This document shows positions 52,028-64,000 of a stretch of 64,000 bases of DNA, piece by piece; position 1 is the stretch's first letter, and each line of letters begins with the position of its first letter. A program made the translations under genes and the position numbers. The notes under the pieces were generated by a model. The model saw only the letters and a program-made list of their open reading frames with translations. It was not told the origin of the DNA and did not search any database. Origin of the DNA: Lama glama (Eukaryota); contig CM052816.1 of the NCBI GenBank assembly GCA_028534125.1, forward strand, positions 5,892,001 to 5,956,000, given 5' to 3'.

Positions 52028-52539
52028 TACAAAAAGGTGATAATACACTGAGCCAAGTGACCAGCAGACACTGTTGCCAACAACTTCAAGAAATAAGTAA
52101 CAAGCAAACACAAAAATGTAGCAAAATACAGGATTAGGGTTAATGTTATCAGCATTTTGTGTCTGGCTGCCCCTGGCTCAGCTGGGGCAGTCCGGCTGGA
52201 GTTCTACGCCTGACACAGCTGTTCAGAGCAGCTGGCCTTGGGTGCCTCAGCAGGGCAGTGGGAAGGGATACCTGTTGTTCTGACACCCAGAACAGAGCTT
52301 TGTTCCACGGAATACAGAGACTCTTAAAATAAACATTCACGGGTTTTTTTGACCTGAAATTCTGGATGGTATCCAATGCCTGTCACCTTGCTGATCAGAG
52401 GCTGCCTACCCATGGTTGGTTTTATAAACCACACTGTTTACGTAACTGCTGAACTGTAGCATGGACCCTTGGAGGAAATAAATTAGGAATGATGTGCTTG
52501 TAAATCTGGGCAATACTCCACAACTCCACTGGATTCAGA

Positions 52540-53240
52540 AGCAAAATATTTACTGACTACCACTATGTGCTCAATGCCTTGTCAGATGCTGAAGATGGGA
52601 GAAGGGGAATGATGTGGCCCCTCTCATCTGTGAGTTTAAGATCTAGTTGTAAGATACACACTTTTACCTGAAATTATAATGCAATTGAATGAAAACTGGC
52701 ATAGGCAACAAATGTCACAGGTCCTCAGAACAAGGGGAGATGACAGTGACCCAGGTGGATCTGATGTTCATATGGAAGCAGGATTTCAGCAGAGCCTTGA
52801 AGGCAATAGAAAAGATGGAAAAGGGCATTCATTCCAGGGTATGAACAAAGGCACATATGTTCATAAGAACATATATGCAACAGATTCTCTGTGAAGTGTT
52901 TCGGGGCTTGAACGTAAATGGCCTTCAAAGCCAGAGTTAGGATACGAATTTTACCTTGAAGGCAAGAGAAAGCCAGAAAAGATGAAAAAATCAGAGCACT
53001 TTAGGCAAATGGAAGGGTAGGAAGAGGGTTCAGGGAATAAGTTTGGATCTGCAGTGGTCCAGGTGCAGGGTAGTGAGGTCCAAGACAAAGGCAGTGGCTG
53101 TAGAAATAGAAATGAAAGGATGTGTGTTGTAATTGAGGAAATCTCCTTAATTTGTGACTTTGTGAGTGAAGACTTACTGGAAACAAAGGAAAGAAAGGAA
53201 TCAGGATGGCGTTATAATAAGAACTTGATGACAGCATCAT
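52540..53240 (-). mobile_element. LINE-2 fragment
   Basis: aaatatttactgactaccactatgtgc...gcagagccttgaagg...gcagtggtccaggtg...ggaatcaggatg. Confidence 0.7.
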
Positions 53241-53321
53241 TAGTCTTCTGACTCAGTGAAAACCCATCAGAAACCATCTGAATCACTAAACTGCTTCTGA
53301 TGATATTTTGATAAACTAGAT

Positions 53322-53476
53322 CAGTGTTTCTCAAGCTTTAACATGCACAGAATTTACCTGGGGGCCTTGTTAAAACAGAGATTTTAATTCACTAAGTTTG
53401 AGGTGGGGCCTGAGAGTCTGCATTTTTGACAAGTTCCCTGGTGACACTGATGCTGCTGGTATAAACCGTAGCAAGA
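53322..53476. mobile_element. MER5A-type MITE
   Basis: cagtgtttctcaagcttt...cagaatttacctgg...gaggtggggcctgagagtctgcatttttgacaagttccctggtga...gatgctgctggt. Confidence 0.85.
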
Positions 53477-53761
53477 GGTTAGAGTTACTTTTCTTTGATT
53501 TTCATGCCAGTGTCAACAACTATATTAGGACTTCTTAAATCAGATGAATTGATGGAACGAACATATTAATGGTCACCTGCAATCTTTACCTTAGTTAACA
53601 GGTGAGGACTGCTTAGTGTCCCTTAATCGGAGGAGTGCTAGGCCAAGAGTCAGCAGACTTGGGTGTTAGTCTTAGCTCTATCACTGTTTATAGTTCCTTG
53701 AGCAAGAAAACATGGAATAAGAACTCAAGTCCACTGCTCAGTTCCTATATGCAAGAGCACC

Positions 53762-55898
53762 TGCTAAATACTGCCTATTTATGCCCTTTCAAAATTCAGA
53801 TGCTGAAAACTATCTCTAATGTGATGGTATTTGGAGGGGGTGGAGGACCTTTGGGGAAGTGATTAGGTCATGAGAGGGGAGTTCTTGTGAATAGGATTAG
53901 AGATCCCTTATAAGAGATATCACAGAGAGCTCTCCTGCCCTTTGCGCTACAGTGAGAACATAGCTGTCTATACAACAGGAAGCAAGCTCTCTACAGACAC
54001 CAAACCCACTGGCACCTTGATCTTGGGCCTCCCAGCCTCCAGATCAGTGAGGAATAAGTGTTGTTTAAGCCACTGAGTCTATGGTATTTTTGTTATAGGA
54101 GCCTGAATGGACTAAGACAGAAATTGGTGCTGAGATGTGGGGGTGTTGCTGTAACAAGTTTCTAAAAATGTTGGAGTGGCTTTGGAACTGGCTAGTGGGT
54201 AGAGGTTGGAAGACTGTTCAGGTGTATGCTTGAAAACGTCTGTATTGCCTTGACTGAATCTTTAAAGGGGATTCTAGTGAGAACTGAGAGAGAAAAGGAG
54301 AGATGTAGAGAAAGTCTCCATCTTCTTAGAGAATGCCAAAGTAATCATGACCACAGTCTTGGCAGAAATAAGGATGGTGAATTTCATTCTGATATCTCCA
54401 ACAGAAGTGAGGAACGCGTTACTGGAAACCAGAGGAAAGGTGATCCCTGCTATAAAGCGTCAAAGAATTTGACTGAATTGTGTTCCTGCTCCAGTGTTTT
54501 GTGGAAGATACAACTCACCAGCAGTGAACTGGATATTTAGTTAAAACATTTCCCAAGCAAAGTGTTGAACATGTGGCTTGGCTCCTCCTGACTGCTTATA
54601 GTAAAATGTGAGATGAGAGAAAGGATTTACAAGAGGGAATCTTTAAGCAAAAAGGAACTAAGACTTAAAGATTTGGAAAATTCTCAGCCTATTTATAGTG
54701 CAAAAAGTGAGAACACGAAGGGTATGGCCAAATGACGGTTTGATACGGAGATTAGTGTGGATCAGCCCACTCAGCAGAGGCTGGGAACTCTTCTCCCAGA
54801 TAACAGGAGAATGATGCTGAAGGTGGTTCAGAAATCATCAAAGCTGCCATCCCCATCACAGGCCCAGAGTGCGAGGGGGGCGTAGTGCTTTCAAAGGGTG
54901 GGCCAAGATGCTGCCACTCAGTCCCTTGGCGTTGGGGCCCCTGCAGAGTGTTGTGGCATTGGCTGTGCCTAGCACAGCTCTGGGGACATGACTCCTTCCT
55001 AGATTTCAAAGAATGGGGCCACCTGGCAGAACTAGGGGTTCAGGACCTCAACCTGGGAGAGCTGTGGACATTGGACTCCAGCCCTGAGGAGTCACAGGCA
55101 CAGGATGTCAACAGAGAGTTGCTGCAGGGCCATCCCACCGAGCCATGGTGGGGAGGTTGCCATGCCAGTGGACCTGGAAGGTAGGGCATCAAGACAAAGA
55201 GGATTATCCTGGAGCCTTACTGTTTAATGTTGTTTGCCCTGTTAGGTTTTAGATTTACCTGGGACCTGTCACTCCTTCCCTCTTTCCTTATTTCTCCCTT
55301 TTGGAATGATAGTGTCTATCCTATACCTACCTCACCACTGTGTTTTGGAAGCTCTTGTTTGGTTTCATCGGTTCACAGGTAGAAGAGATTCTGCCCCAGG
55401 ATGAACAGTACTTTTGAGTCTCACCCATGTCAGATTCACATATTTAGATGAGACTTTGGACTTTAGACTTTTGAGTTGATGCTGGAATGAACTAAGACTT
55501 TTAGGGCTATTGGGATAGAATGAATTTTGGAGGGGTAGGTCAGGGGCTGAATGCTATGGCCTAAATGTTTGTGTCCCCTCCCCCCTCAAACTCATACCTT
55601 GAAACCTAATCCCTAAAGTTGATGGTATTTGGAGGTGAGACTCCTGGGAGGTCGTTAGATCATGAGGGTGGAGCCCTCATGAATGAGATTAGCGTTTTCA
55701 TAAAAGACCTCCCAGAGGGCTCCCTCCTTTCTGTCTTGTGAGGACACAGAAAGAAAGTAGGCTCTCACCAGACACTGAATCTGCTAGTGTTTTGATTTTG
55801 GATTTCCCAGCCTCCAGAACTATGAGACGTAAAATGTTTGTTGTTTAAGCCACTCAGTCCATGGTAATTTGTTATAGCAGCCTGAATGGACTATGACA
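53762..55898 (+). mobile_element. Full-length MaLR provirus (MLT1A-type): 5' LTR 53762-54119, internal region 54120-55551, 3' LTR 55552-55898
   Basis: Two homologous LTRs that start tgcta.., share gatggtatttggagg, and end ttgtttaagccact..gcctgaatggacta.gaca; purine-rich tract before the 3' LTR; 5-bp TSD gcacc / gcatc; internal ORF remnant 54226-54540. Confidence 0.92.
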
Positions 55899-55904
55899 GC
55901 ATCC

Positions 55905-56645
55905 CCAACTCACTGACTTACAATTACGCTTGGAATAAATCCCAAATTTCTTATTGTCATCTGCTAGGTTCATCGTAATCTGGCCTCTGTCCACGTCTCA
56001 GATTCCATCCTCTACCAGTCCTCTCCTCACTCACTGCCCTCTAACTCAAAAGCCTGGTTTCTGTTTCTCAAACAGACAAGCACATACCCATCTTGAGACT
56101 TCTGTATTTGACCTACGATCTGTTTTGAATGGTTTCACCTTACAGCTTCCCATAAAATCAACTTCTGCAGGTCTCTATTTAGAGATGCTTTCCTTAACCA
56201 TCAACCTCAGTGGTTCTCAGCTGAGGACATGTTTGTTCCCCAGGGAATATTTGGCAATGTTGTAGATAATTTTGCTTGTCACAGCTGGGGCAGGTGGTAC
56301 CACTGGCCTCTAGTAGGAATACTACTAAATATCCTACAGGATACCCCTTCACAATGAAGAATTATCTGGCCCAAAATGTCAGCAGTGTTCATCTACCTAA
56401 AGCTGCTCCCCACTTCTGACACTTGCCCCATGAAATCTTTCTACCTCATTACCCCTACTTTATTTTCTTAAAAATATCCACTATGGTCTAAAATTTTTTG
56501 GTGTATTCAGCTGTTTATCATCTGCCTCCCCTGATTGCAACATTAGTTTCACGACAACAGGGACACTGTCCTACCTTGTTCACTTGTACCTAGAATAGTT
56601 CCCGATACATAATAAGCACTTCATGAGTGAATGAAGGAAGGAAGG
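55905..56645 (+). mobile_element. LINE-2 3' region interrupted by MER20 (about 56208-56390)
   Basis: L2 tail cctagaatagttcccgatacataataagcacttcatgagtgaatgaa; MER20 cagtggttctcag...gggaatatttggcaatg...gaattatctggcccaaaatgtcagcagtg. Confidence 0.75.
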
Positions 56646-56724
56646 AAAATAGAGGTAAAGAATGAACATGAAATAAAACACATAAATGAATAAATGACCA
56701 AAGAACATAAAAATAAAAAACTGT

Positions 56725-57292
56725 GGTGTAAATGATACCATCAAGAAAAGATAAAAGACACAGAGTGGAAGAAAATATTTGCAGACATATATCTGATAAG
56801 GGACTTGTATCTAGAATCTATAAAGAGCTCAGATAATTCAACAATAAAAAGATAAGCCTGCAATTTAAAATATGCAAAGGATTTTCATAGACATTTCTCT
56901 AAGGACGATAGGCAGATAGCTACTAAGCACATAAGATGTTCAGTTCCATTAATCATTAGGAAAATGCAAATCAAAACCGTAATGAGATACCGTGTCACAC
57001 CCGTAAGAATGGCTGCAGTCAAAAAGACAGACAATAACATGTGTTAGTGAAGATGTGGAGATAAGGAAGCCCCCACATACTGCTGGTGGAAATGTGAGAT
57101 AGTGCAGTCAGACTGGGACCAGTTTTTCAGTTCCTCAAAAAGTTAAACAGAGTTGCTGTATAACACGGCAATTCCACTACTAGGTACATACGCAAGAAAA
57201 ATGAAAAAGCATGTGCCCACAAGACAACTTGTACAAGACTGCTCATAGCTTCATTAGTTATAATAACCAAAAAAAAATGCACAAAACCTGTC
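56725..57292 (+). mobile_element. Old LINE-1 ORF2 3' fragment (L1MA/MB-like)
   Basis: gaagaaaatatttgcag...tctgataagggacttgtatctagaat...aaaatgcaaatcaaaaccgtaatgagataccg...gcaattccactactaggtacatac. Confidence 0.88.
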
Positions 57293-60200
57293 TGATTGAA
57301 ACTCCATCTTCTTAAACATGATGACAAGAAACAACACAGAACAAAAATAATTCCAATAAGAACTGGGCTCCCCATGAAGACTTCCCTACTGGGAAAGGCT
57401 GCATTGTTTGAAGCACCAAAGTCCAGTCCACATGACTGGCTATTTATCCTGGCAGATAGATGCCACTATGGCAGCTGTTTATAGGGCAGTTTCTCAAGGG
57501 TTCGGTTGTCATGATGCAGGTGCCTTGAACCTAATTGTCCTTGAGTATTGGCAAAACTGAGACTCCAGACTTTGCCAGCTTGAGAACCCTAAATTGTGAA
57601 GAGGTCACACCTTGATCTTGGCACACCCTTCAACAAGCAGTCGTGTTTTACACAACATTCACAAAATAGTTCCTTCATGTAATTGTTAAAAAAACAGCAG
57701 CATTAAGTTTGTATCTGTGAAAGCAACGTACATTGCATTATTCAAATATAAAATCTTATTAATTAGCATTTAATGTCTCCAACAATGCTATTTATAGAAT
57801 ATCTGCTTTTTTTTTTTTTTTTTTTTTTTGTCCCTAAGAGCCAAGAAACTAATGGAAAGAGACCAATTTGAGATGAAAGAGTCTCTTTGCAACCCAGGCT
57901 TTTTGTTCTCCCTGAAGGGGAGAGGAAGGCTAGAAATGGGGGAGTGAGGGTGACAATGAACTTCTTTGATGCCATGGTCCTTCTTCAAGATGGACTGACT
58001 GCACATGCCAGTGAAAAGAGAAACTTTTGATCTGCTCCACAACCAATATTATAAATATTTGATGGAAAGAATAGACTGGCAGCAGGAGGTGGAAGCAGCA
58101 GATAACAATGTGAAGTTACAGTTTTGTGTTATTTTATTCTTCCCCCAAACTATTCAAGACTTCTGAGGCCTAGGTGAACTTGACTGCCTCCTACTGCCTT
58201 CCATCCTTCACCCTCCTTGCTGTAAGGAAGAGAAAACTTTGTAAGGGGAAATTAAAAACACAAACAAACAAACACCAAACAGCTGCCTCTGAATGCTTGG
58301 AGAACAAAACAGTTGGTACCTTTCATGTCTTTGAAGGTTAAGCTCCATTATTTCACATCAGAATCAGAGCATGGGGCTGGAAAATCGGCTCTCAGAGGGC
58401 ACAAAGCCAATGCTCCCTCCATGACTGACTTACTGAAAAGGCAACAGGCAAAGCGTTGCTTTTAGGAAGAAAAAAAGAAAGAAAACAAAAAAGGAAAGCA
58501 GGATTCCAAGTCATAAAATTGTGTACACCTCGGAAAGCACCCTTTAAAGGAAGTATAAATGGAGATGTGTGAAAATAATGAAATTGGGAGAGATGAAAAG
58601 TCCTGGGTTCAAGTCCCAGTCATATGTGTCCCAACCATGAGACCTTGAGATATTTTCACCCTGTCCCCTCACTTCCGTTGCCTGAGTCAAATGGAGATTC
58701 ACTCATTGACATGCTTACTTGTTAAGTATGCAACAATCAAGCAATCAAGCATCACACACACACAATCGTACCTTCAGTAAGTTCACAAGTCAAAGTATTT
58801 CCCTCGTCTCATCACAAGGTTGTTCTGAAAAACCCAATGGACTTTAACACAGCAGAGCAGGGGACTGCTACTAAACTGCTGTGACTAATAGAAAATGTAC
58901 CTTGCAAGACTTGTTAAGTCCTAGGCGTTTCACAGGACTGACGCAGAGGTCTCAGATTCTCCTTCCCCATCCAAAGCCAACATAGGTCTTGCTAATTGGA
59001 TATAGCATTGTATTAGGTCAGACTTTATCATGAACTGGTCCTTCCCAAGTCTCATTCGTACCCTGTAACTCCCTTACATGCATCCCAGCCATAGTGGGTG
59101 TAGATAGCCTGCCCAGTCTTCCTGGGACATTGCTCTGCTCTGTTGCTCCCTTGCTCATAAATATTCGATGTTTCCTCTCTTCCTATAAAACCAAGCCTCT
59201 GCTCAATGCAATTCTCCAAACTCTCGCCCCAAGGCATCTGTTCACCGCCATCTGCATTCACACTCGTATCAGTCAGCCAAAATGCCGTTCACCATTTGTA
59301 GTCACTACTAGTGTTCTCCCATCTCTTTGTTTTCACTCATGGTGTTTCTTATATTGGCCCTTTTGTGTATGTGTCCCTACATACACATTCTCCTTTGGAA
59401 GTCAGATTTGCATTTTGATGAACCTTGCACCCATCCTCACACACCCTGACTGTCTTGGTGAAAGTGATTGCCCCCTCTTTAAGCAGGACTTTGCATAATC
59501 CTCTCTCTTGGCAAACAATAAGGATGATGGTAATGATAATGAGATAGCAATACTAGCCTGTACTGAGACTTAAAATGTGCCAGGCATTATGAGAAATAAA
59601 TGCTTTTACATTAATTATCTTTTCAATTCCTGCAAACACTGTAAGCCTGCACACTTTGTTATCCCATTTCGTAGAGGAGATTGGAGCCTAGGAAGGTTAA
59701 GTAAGAACCTGATTTCCCACATAGTATCTAGCAGTTCCATGCATGGGCTTTGGCATCACAGGCACTTGGGCTGAGCCCAAGCTCTACAAGTTACCAGCTG
59801 CATGACATCTGTACTTGCCAAGTAACTGTCTCAGTGTCATCCTCGTTTACTTATCTGTGAAATATGGATAATGTTAAGTTTGTTATAGTGATTACATAAG
59901 ATAATGGATGTAAGATTCAGCAAGATGCGGAATACAGAGAAGGTACTAGAGAGATGGTAGCTCTCATGACCCCCACCGGAAAAAGCTGCTTGGGGATCAG
60001 GATCTGATGTCTTAGTGGACTCCTGATCCTCCCTCAAAGGTTTAATAAATGCCAGCTGAATAAATCAGGGCCACTCGAAGAATCTTGTACTTGTCTAAGG
60101 CTGTCCTAAAGATGTGTATCATAGAGAAACTTGTGTAATTAAAGGAGAAAGAAGTTACATAAATAGAGGAAACCAATAAAAAAAAAATTCCCTGTTCTTT

Positions 60201-61274
60201 GGTCTTAAATCTGTCCTTCTTGCTTTGCTGAGAAAGTGGCAGCCTGAAAGCTGGCCCTGTTGCTCTGTCCTCTCCACACCTGCCGTCCTTTATTGTCCTG
60301 TTGCTCTGGCTTAGTTGTTTACGTGGGAGCACCTTCGGAACTCTACTGAGTGATGCATAATTGCCCAGCTGAATGTTAGAGAGCCTCAAAATGAAAAACT
60401 CAGAGTTTATGCCCCAAACCTCCACTATATCTTCCAAATCACTGGTTTGGGCAGAGTCATTGGAGGTCACTGCAGGGGAGGCAGGTGGGAGTGAGGGCTG
60501 GAGAGGCAAGCAAAAGCTAGGTCTTACAGGTCTTGTGAAGGCTTTGAGTCTTCATCGCAAGGATTTGGGAAAGCCACTCGAGATAATAAGCAAAGGAAGT
60601 TAAAGTGATTTTCCCACCTCCAGTGAGATTCTGTTAGCAAAACTAGGACTGGAAATCTGGTCCCTGGCTCTCACGCCTTGATAAACAGTCTTCTTGGCAT
60701 GCATCCTCCCAGGTACAGACATTAATGAGCAAAAATGAGAGCAACTGGATAGAAAATGTCATGCTCTTTGCTTGTGTCTCTGCAAGGAGCAGGGCAAGTC
60801 TGAGTGATGGGTCCTTGGAGGGTCTGAGCCAGAGTTCCAAAGGGGTGGGGGGCCAGGGAGGAAGCTTGCGTTATGTTGCCTGGGACACGTAGGCTGAAGA
60901 AACGGAAATTAGCCATCGAACCCATTATCCGTGGATAGGGTTGCTGAGGTCCTGGAAAGGGAAAAAGGGCTGGCCATGTCACACGGTGAAAGCCTAGACT
61001 ACTGTGGGCAGTGCCTCAAATCTAATCCAATACCTATTTCATTAAGCTCAGCTGCCCCGCAGTTTGCTAATATTCTATTTGAGAAGTCAAGCCACCGAGT
61101 TTAAGGCATTCAACATATAAAACAGGAAGCAGCAACAAGGTCAGTGGTTCTCTGCCTTTTGTGAGCCCTAACCATTTTGGGACTCTGACAAAAACTCTGA
61201 ACCATCTCCCCACAAAAACACTATATATATATATATACACACACTCAGTAATTCTGAATGGACCCACTCTCACA

Positions 61275-61775
61275 ATACTTCCCTGAAAGATATAAAGAAA
61301 TATGTGTGAAAAACCTACACATGAATATTTATAACAGCTTCATTCATAAATGCTCTAAATTGGACACAATTTAAGTGTCCATCAGCTGGAATGGGTAAAA
61401 AATCTGTGTGGTACATCTATGCAACAAAATATTTGCTCAGCTATAAAAGGAACACACTATTGGTACACACAACAACATGACTGAATCTCAGAAGCATCGT
61501 GTTAAGGAAAGAGAGCCAGACTGAAAAGGCTATATCCTCCACTACTCCATTTATATGTCATTCTGGGAGAGGCAGGATTACAGGAAGAGGAAAAGGATCA
61601 GAAGTGGTTGAGGCTGGGGTTGGGGCAGGGAGTTGCTTGCAGAGGTATATAAGGGGAATTTGGGGGCTAATGAAAATATGCTGTATCTTATTACGGTGGT
61701 GGCTACACGACTGTAGACATTTGTCAGAAGTCATGGAACTGTCCACCTAAATTAGACTACACTAAATTGAACTTT
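61275..61775 (+). mobile_element. Old LINE-1 3' UTR (L1ME/MC-like)
   Basis: catgaatatttataacagcttcattcata...aagtgtccatcagc...cacaacaacatgactgaatctc...ttccatttatatg...ggtggtggctacac. Confidence 0.8.
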
Positions 61776-61846
61776 TAGGATATGATGCATGTAGTTACAG
61801 TGAGTACATTGACCAATCTTCAGACCTTAGGTAAAGAAACCCTGCT

Positions 61847-62164
61847 ATTTTTTTAATTTTAAAACGTTTTTATTAAATATTTTTTATTGAATTGTAGTCA
61901 GTTTACAGTATTGTATCAAATTCCAGTGTAGAGCACAATTTTTCAGTTATACATGAACATACATATATTCCTTGTCACACTTTTTTTTCTCTGTGAGCTA
62001 CCATAAGATCTTATATGTATTTCCCTGTGCTACACAGTATAATCTTGTTTATCTATTCTACATATGTCTGTCAGTATCTATACATTTTGAACTCCCAGTC
62101 TGTCCCTTCCCACCCCCATCCCCCCTGGCAACCACAAGTTTGTATTCTATGTCTGTGAGTCTAT
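61847..62164 (-). mobile_element. Young lineage-specific LINE-1 3' UTR with TSD
   Basis: ttttttattgaattgtagtcagtttacagtattgtatcaaattccagtg...; TSD aagaaaccctgct (61834-61846) / aagaagccctgct (62165-62177). Confidence 0.9.
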
Positions 62165-64000
62165 AAGAAGCCCTGCTTTAGAGTTAAACAAAATTTGAAG
62201 TGGAAAGACCTCGCCAAACACCTACCGCTCCTACTTACTGCAGAGATAGGAAAACTGAAGAAAGAAGGTACAATGTGCTCACCAAGTTCACATCTCTTTA
62301 GTGATGTTCATTCTTGCAACCAAGATTAGTTGGACACCTATCTGGATATGCCAGCTTAGAAGAAAAATGAGACTTACTGCCTTTAAGTCCTGGGATTTTA
62401 ACTCAGGTTTTTGACCCTGTAGTTTATTCTGAGAGACGAGCAGGGCTCCAGGGAATATTTAGTTTCTGGTTCTTGCTGGAGCACTGGGCTGGAAGTGAGG
62501 AGACCTGTACATGGATGAAGTGAGCTGCACGGAAGAGTGACCTTCTGTGATACCAACTGATCTCTGAGCCTCTCCTTTCTTGGCCAAAGTTGGATGAGAA
62601 AATAGTTGTATTTCTAAAAGGACCAACTTCAGCTCCCACACTGTGCAAAGATCAAGAACTTCCCCAGAAGCGTGGCGTAGTGCAGCAATGAACAGCCTTC
62701 CCAGATGGTGTCTGTAACAAGGAATTGCATCATAATTGTGCAGCGAGGGAGAGTAGAATGGACTTGAGGGTGAGCTGGACTACTTGTCACCGTGTGTAAG
62801 TCACTTAATACGCCTGAACCTCAGGTTCTTCATGTGAAATGAGACAAAAAGTGATCCCTCTGCCTGCCAGGGTTGGTGTGAGGATTAAACAGGATAATGG
62901 ATGTCCTGGACACATTATCATCTCTTAGTTAATGTCACTGGCTCTACTCTGAATGCCATCATCATCAGTGTCATCATTCCAGTTTCTACATTTCCTTTCT
63001 GTTTCTCTTGAAAGATTCTTCCTGCCCCAAAAGGCCAGGTTGTTATTTATCGCCAGACAGGGCAATTTCAGCCTCTTTCCCTCTGGATCAGGTCATTTGA
63101 CATCCAGCAGGGGAAGAGTTTCCACATTACTGAAGTGTACACCTGAGTCCTCTTGAACAGTCTGTCAGACTGGCTGAAACTCCAGCCTGGACAGGCCAAT
63201 TCAGATGCACAGACACCTTCCAGGTAGGCAACCAGGAACCAGTCATTCTCTCCCGGGCCTGGGCTCCCTGTGGTGACCGGCTTGCGCCCAGCTGCCTCCT
63301 GGCCCTCCCTGGCCTTGGCTTTATAACAGTGACCTTGACTGGAGGGGCACGAGGAAGTGGGAGCATGCTTGCTAAAGGTAGAGGTTATATAACAACACAT
63401 CGCAGTATTCCTGTGAAGCAGCAGGAGTCGTGGCAAAACCGTATTCAATATGAACACATTATAAATTATTAATCATTTAGGTATACCTATTGTTTCAATG
63501 GTATGATTTTCCAAAAGCAGTGTATTTTCCTTCATTGGTAGTGATGCATAGAAGGTGGAATTTACACTCTGCATTTAGCGATACTCATTGAAGGGCATTG
63601 TCCAAGGCTGTATTCACATCTAGTGGAGGACAGCAGGGTGTGAGGCTTTTATGATAACCCAAAGGGGTGATCATTAGTTCTTTTTTAAAAACTTGCAAAA
63701 CAGTGCTGTAGTGAGACCTCAACATCTGAAGACTGAGAGGAGTTTTACCCCCTTTCCTGTCCTCCTGTGGTCAGCACATTTGGAAAACCTCCCAGCTGCT
63801 CTGTGCTAAGAAAATGGCTCCATCACTGAGAACTGCGGGTTCCAAGCTGCAAAAGGGATCATGCATGATCTCTGTCGTGATTTAACACGTGAAGTGGCTG
63901 CTTCGGAACTGATTCCTAGGCCGTAGTCTAGGTTCAGAAGGAAATAGCCACGTTAGCAGACAGGGAAGGAAGGCCATTTAACTACATGCCCTATTTCTCT

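Noticed and set aside
60042..60509. 155-aa minus-strand ORF
   Set aside because: No recognisable domain or exon structure, and it partly overlaps degraded L2-like sequence.
1..64000. CRISPR arrays, operons, rRNA/tRNA genes or a novel multi-gene system
   Set aside because: The sequence is mammalian and dominated by interspersed repeats. I saw no regularly spaced direct repeats, no structural RNA gene and no run of credible coding exons.

Overview
This is mammalian genomic DNA, non-coding and rich in repeats, with one 500-N assembly gap (7232-7731). The young LINE-1 3' ends resemble camelid L1, and I saw no Alu, B1/B2, Bov-tA/BovB, PRE-1 or SINEC, so a camelid is the best guess (inference). 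I recognise no intact protein-coding gene. The main feature is a processed pseudogene of ADAL (adenosine deaminase-like, also called MAPDA) on the minus strand at about 9455-11200. It is intronless and frameshifted. It was copied from a short transcript that reads through a splice donor (ending ...PLGKAWDFKSSR) and lacks the C-terminal catalytic region. A 477-bp pure pyrimidine/purine microsatellite interrupts it just after the LHLxE motif. The rest is layered transposon history: a full-length MaLR (MLT1A-type) provirus with both LTRs, a solo ERV1-like LTR, a near full-length HAL1-like element, young 5'-truncated L1 copies with target-site duplications (TSDs; one has a probable short 3' transduction), old L1, L2, MIR, and MER DNA-transposon fossils. 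There is also a CpG-retaining, promoter-like zone at the left edge and a few repeat-free, enhancer-like blocks. I found no support for a new multi-gene system. Repeat family names come from recalled consensus sequences and need RepeatMasker/Dfam confirmation.
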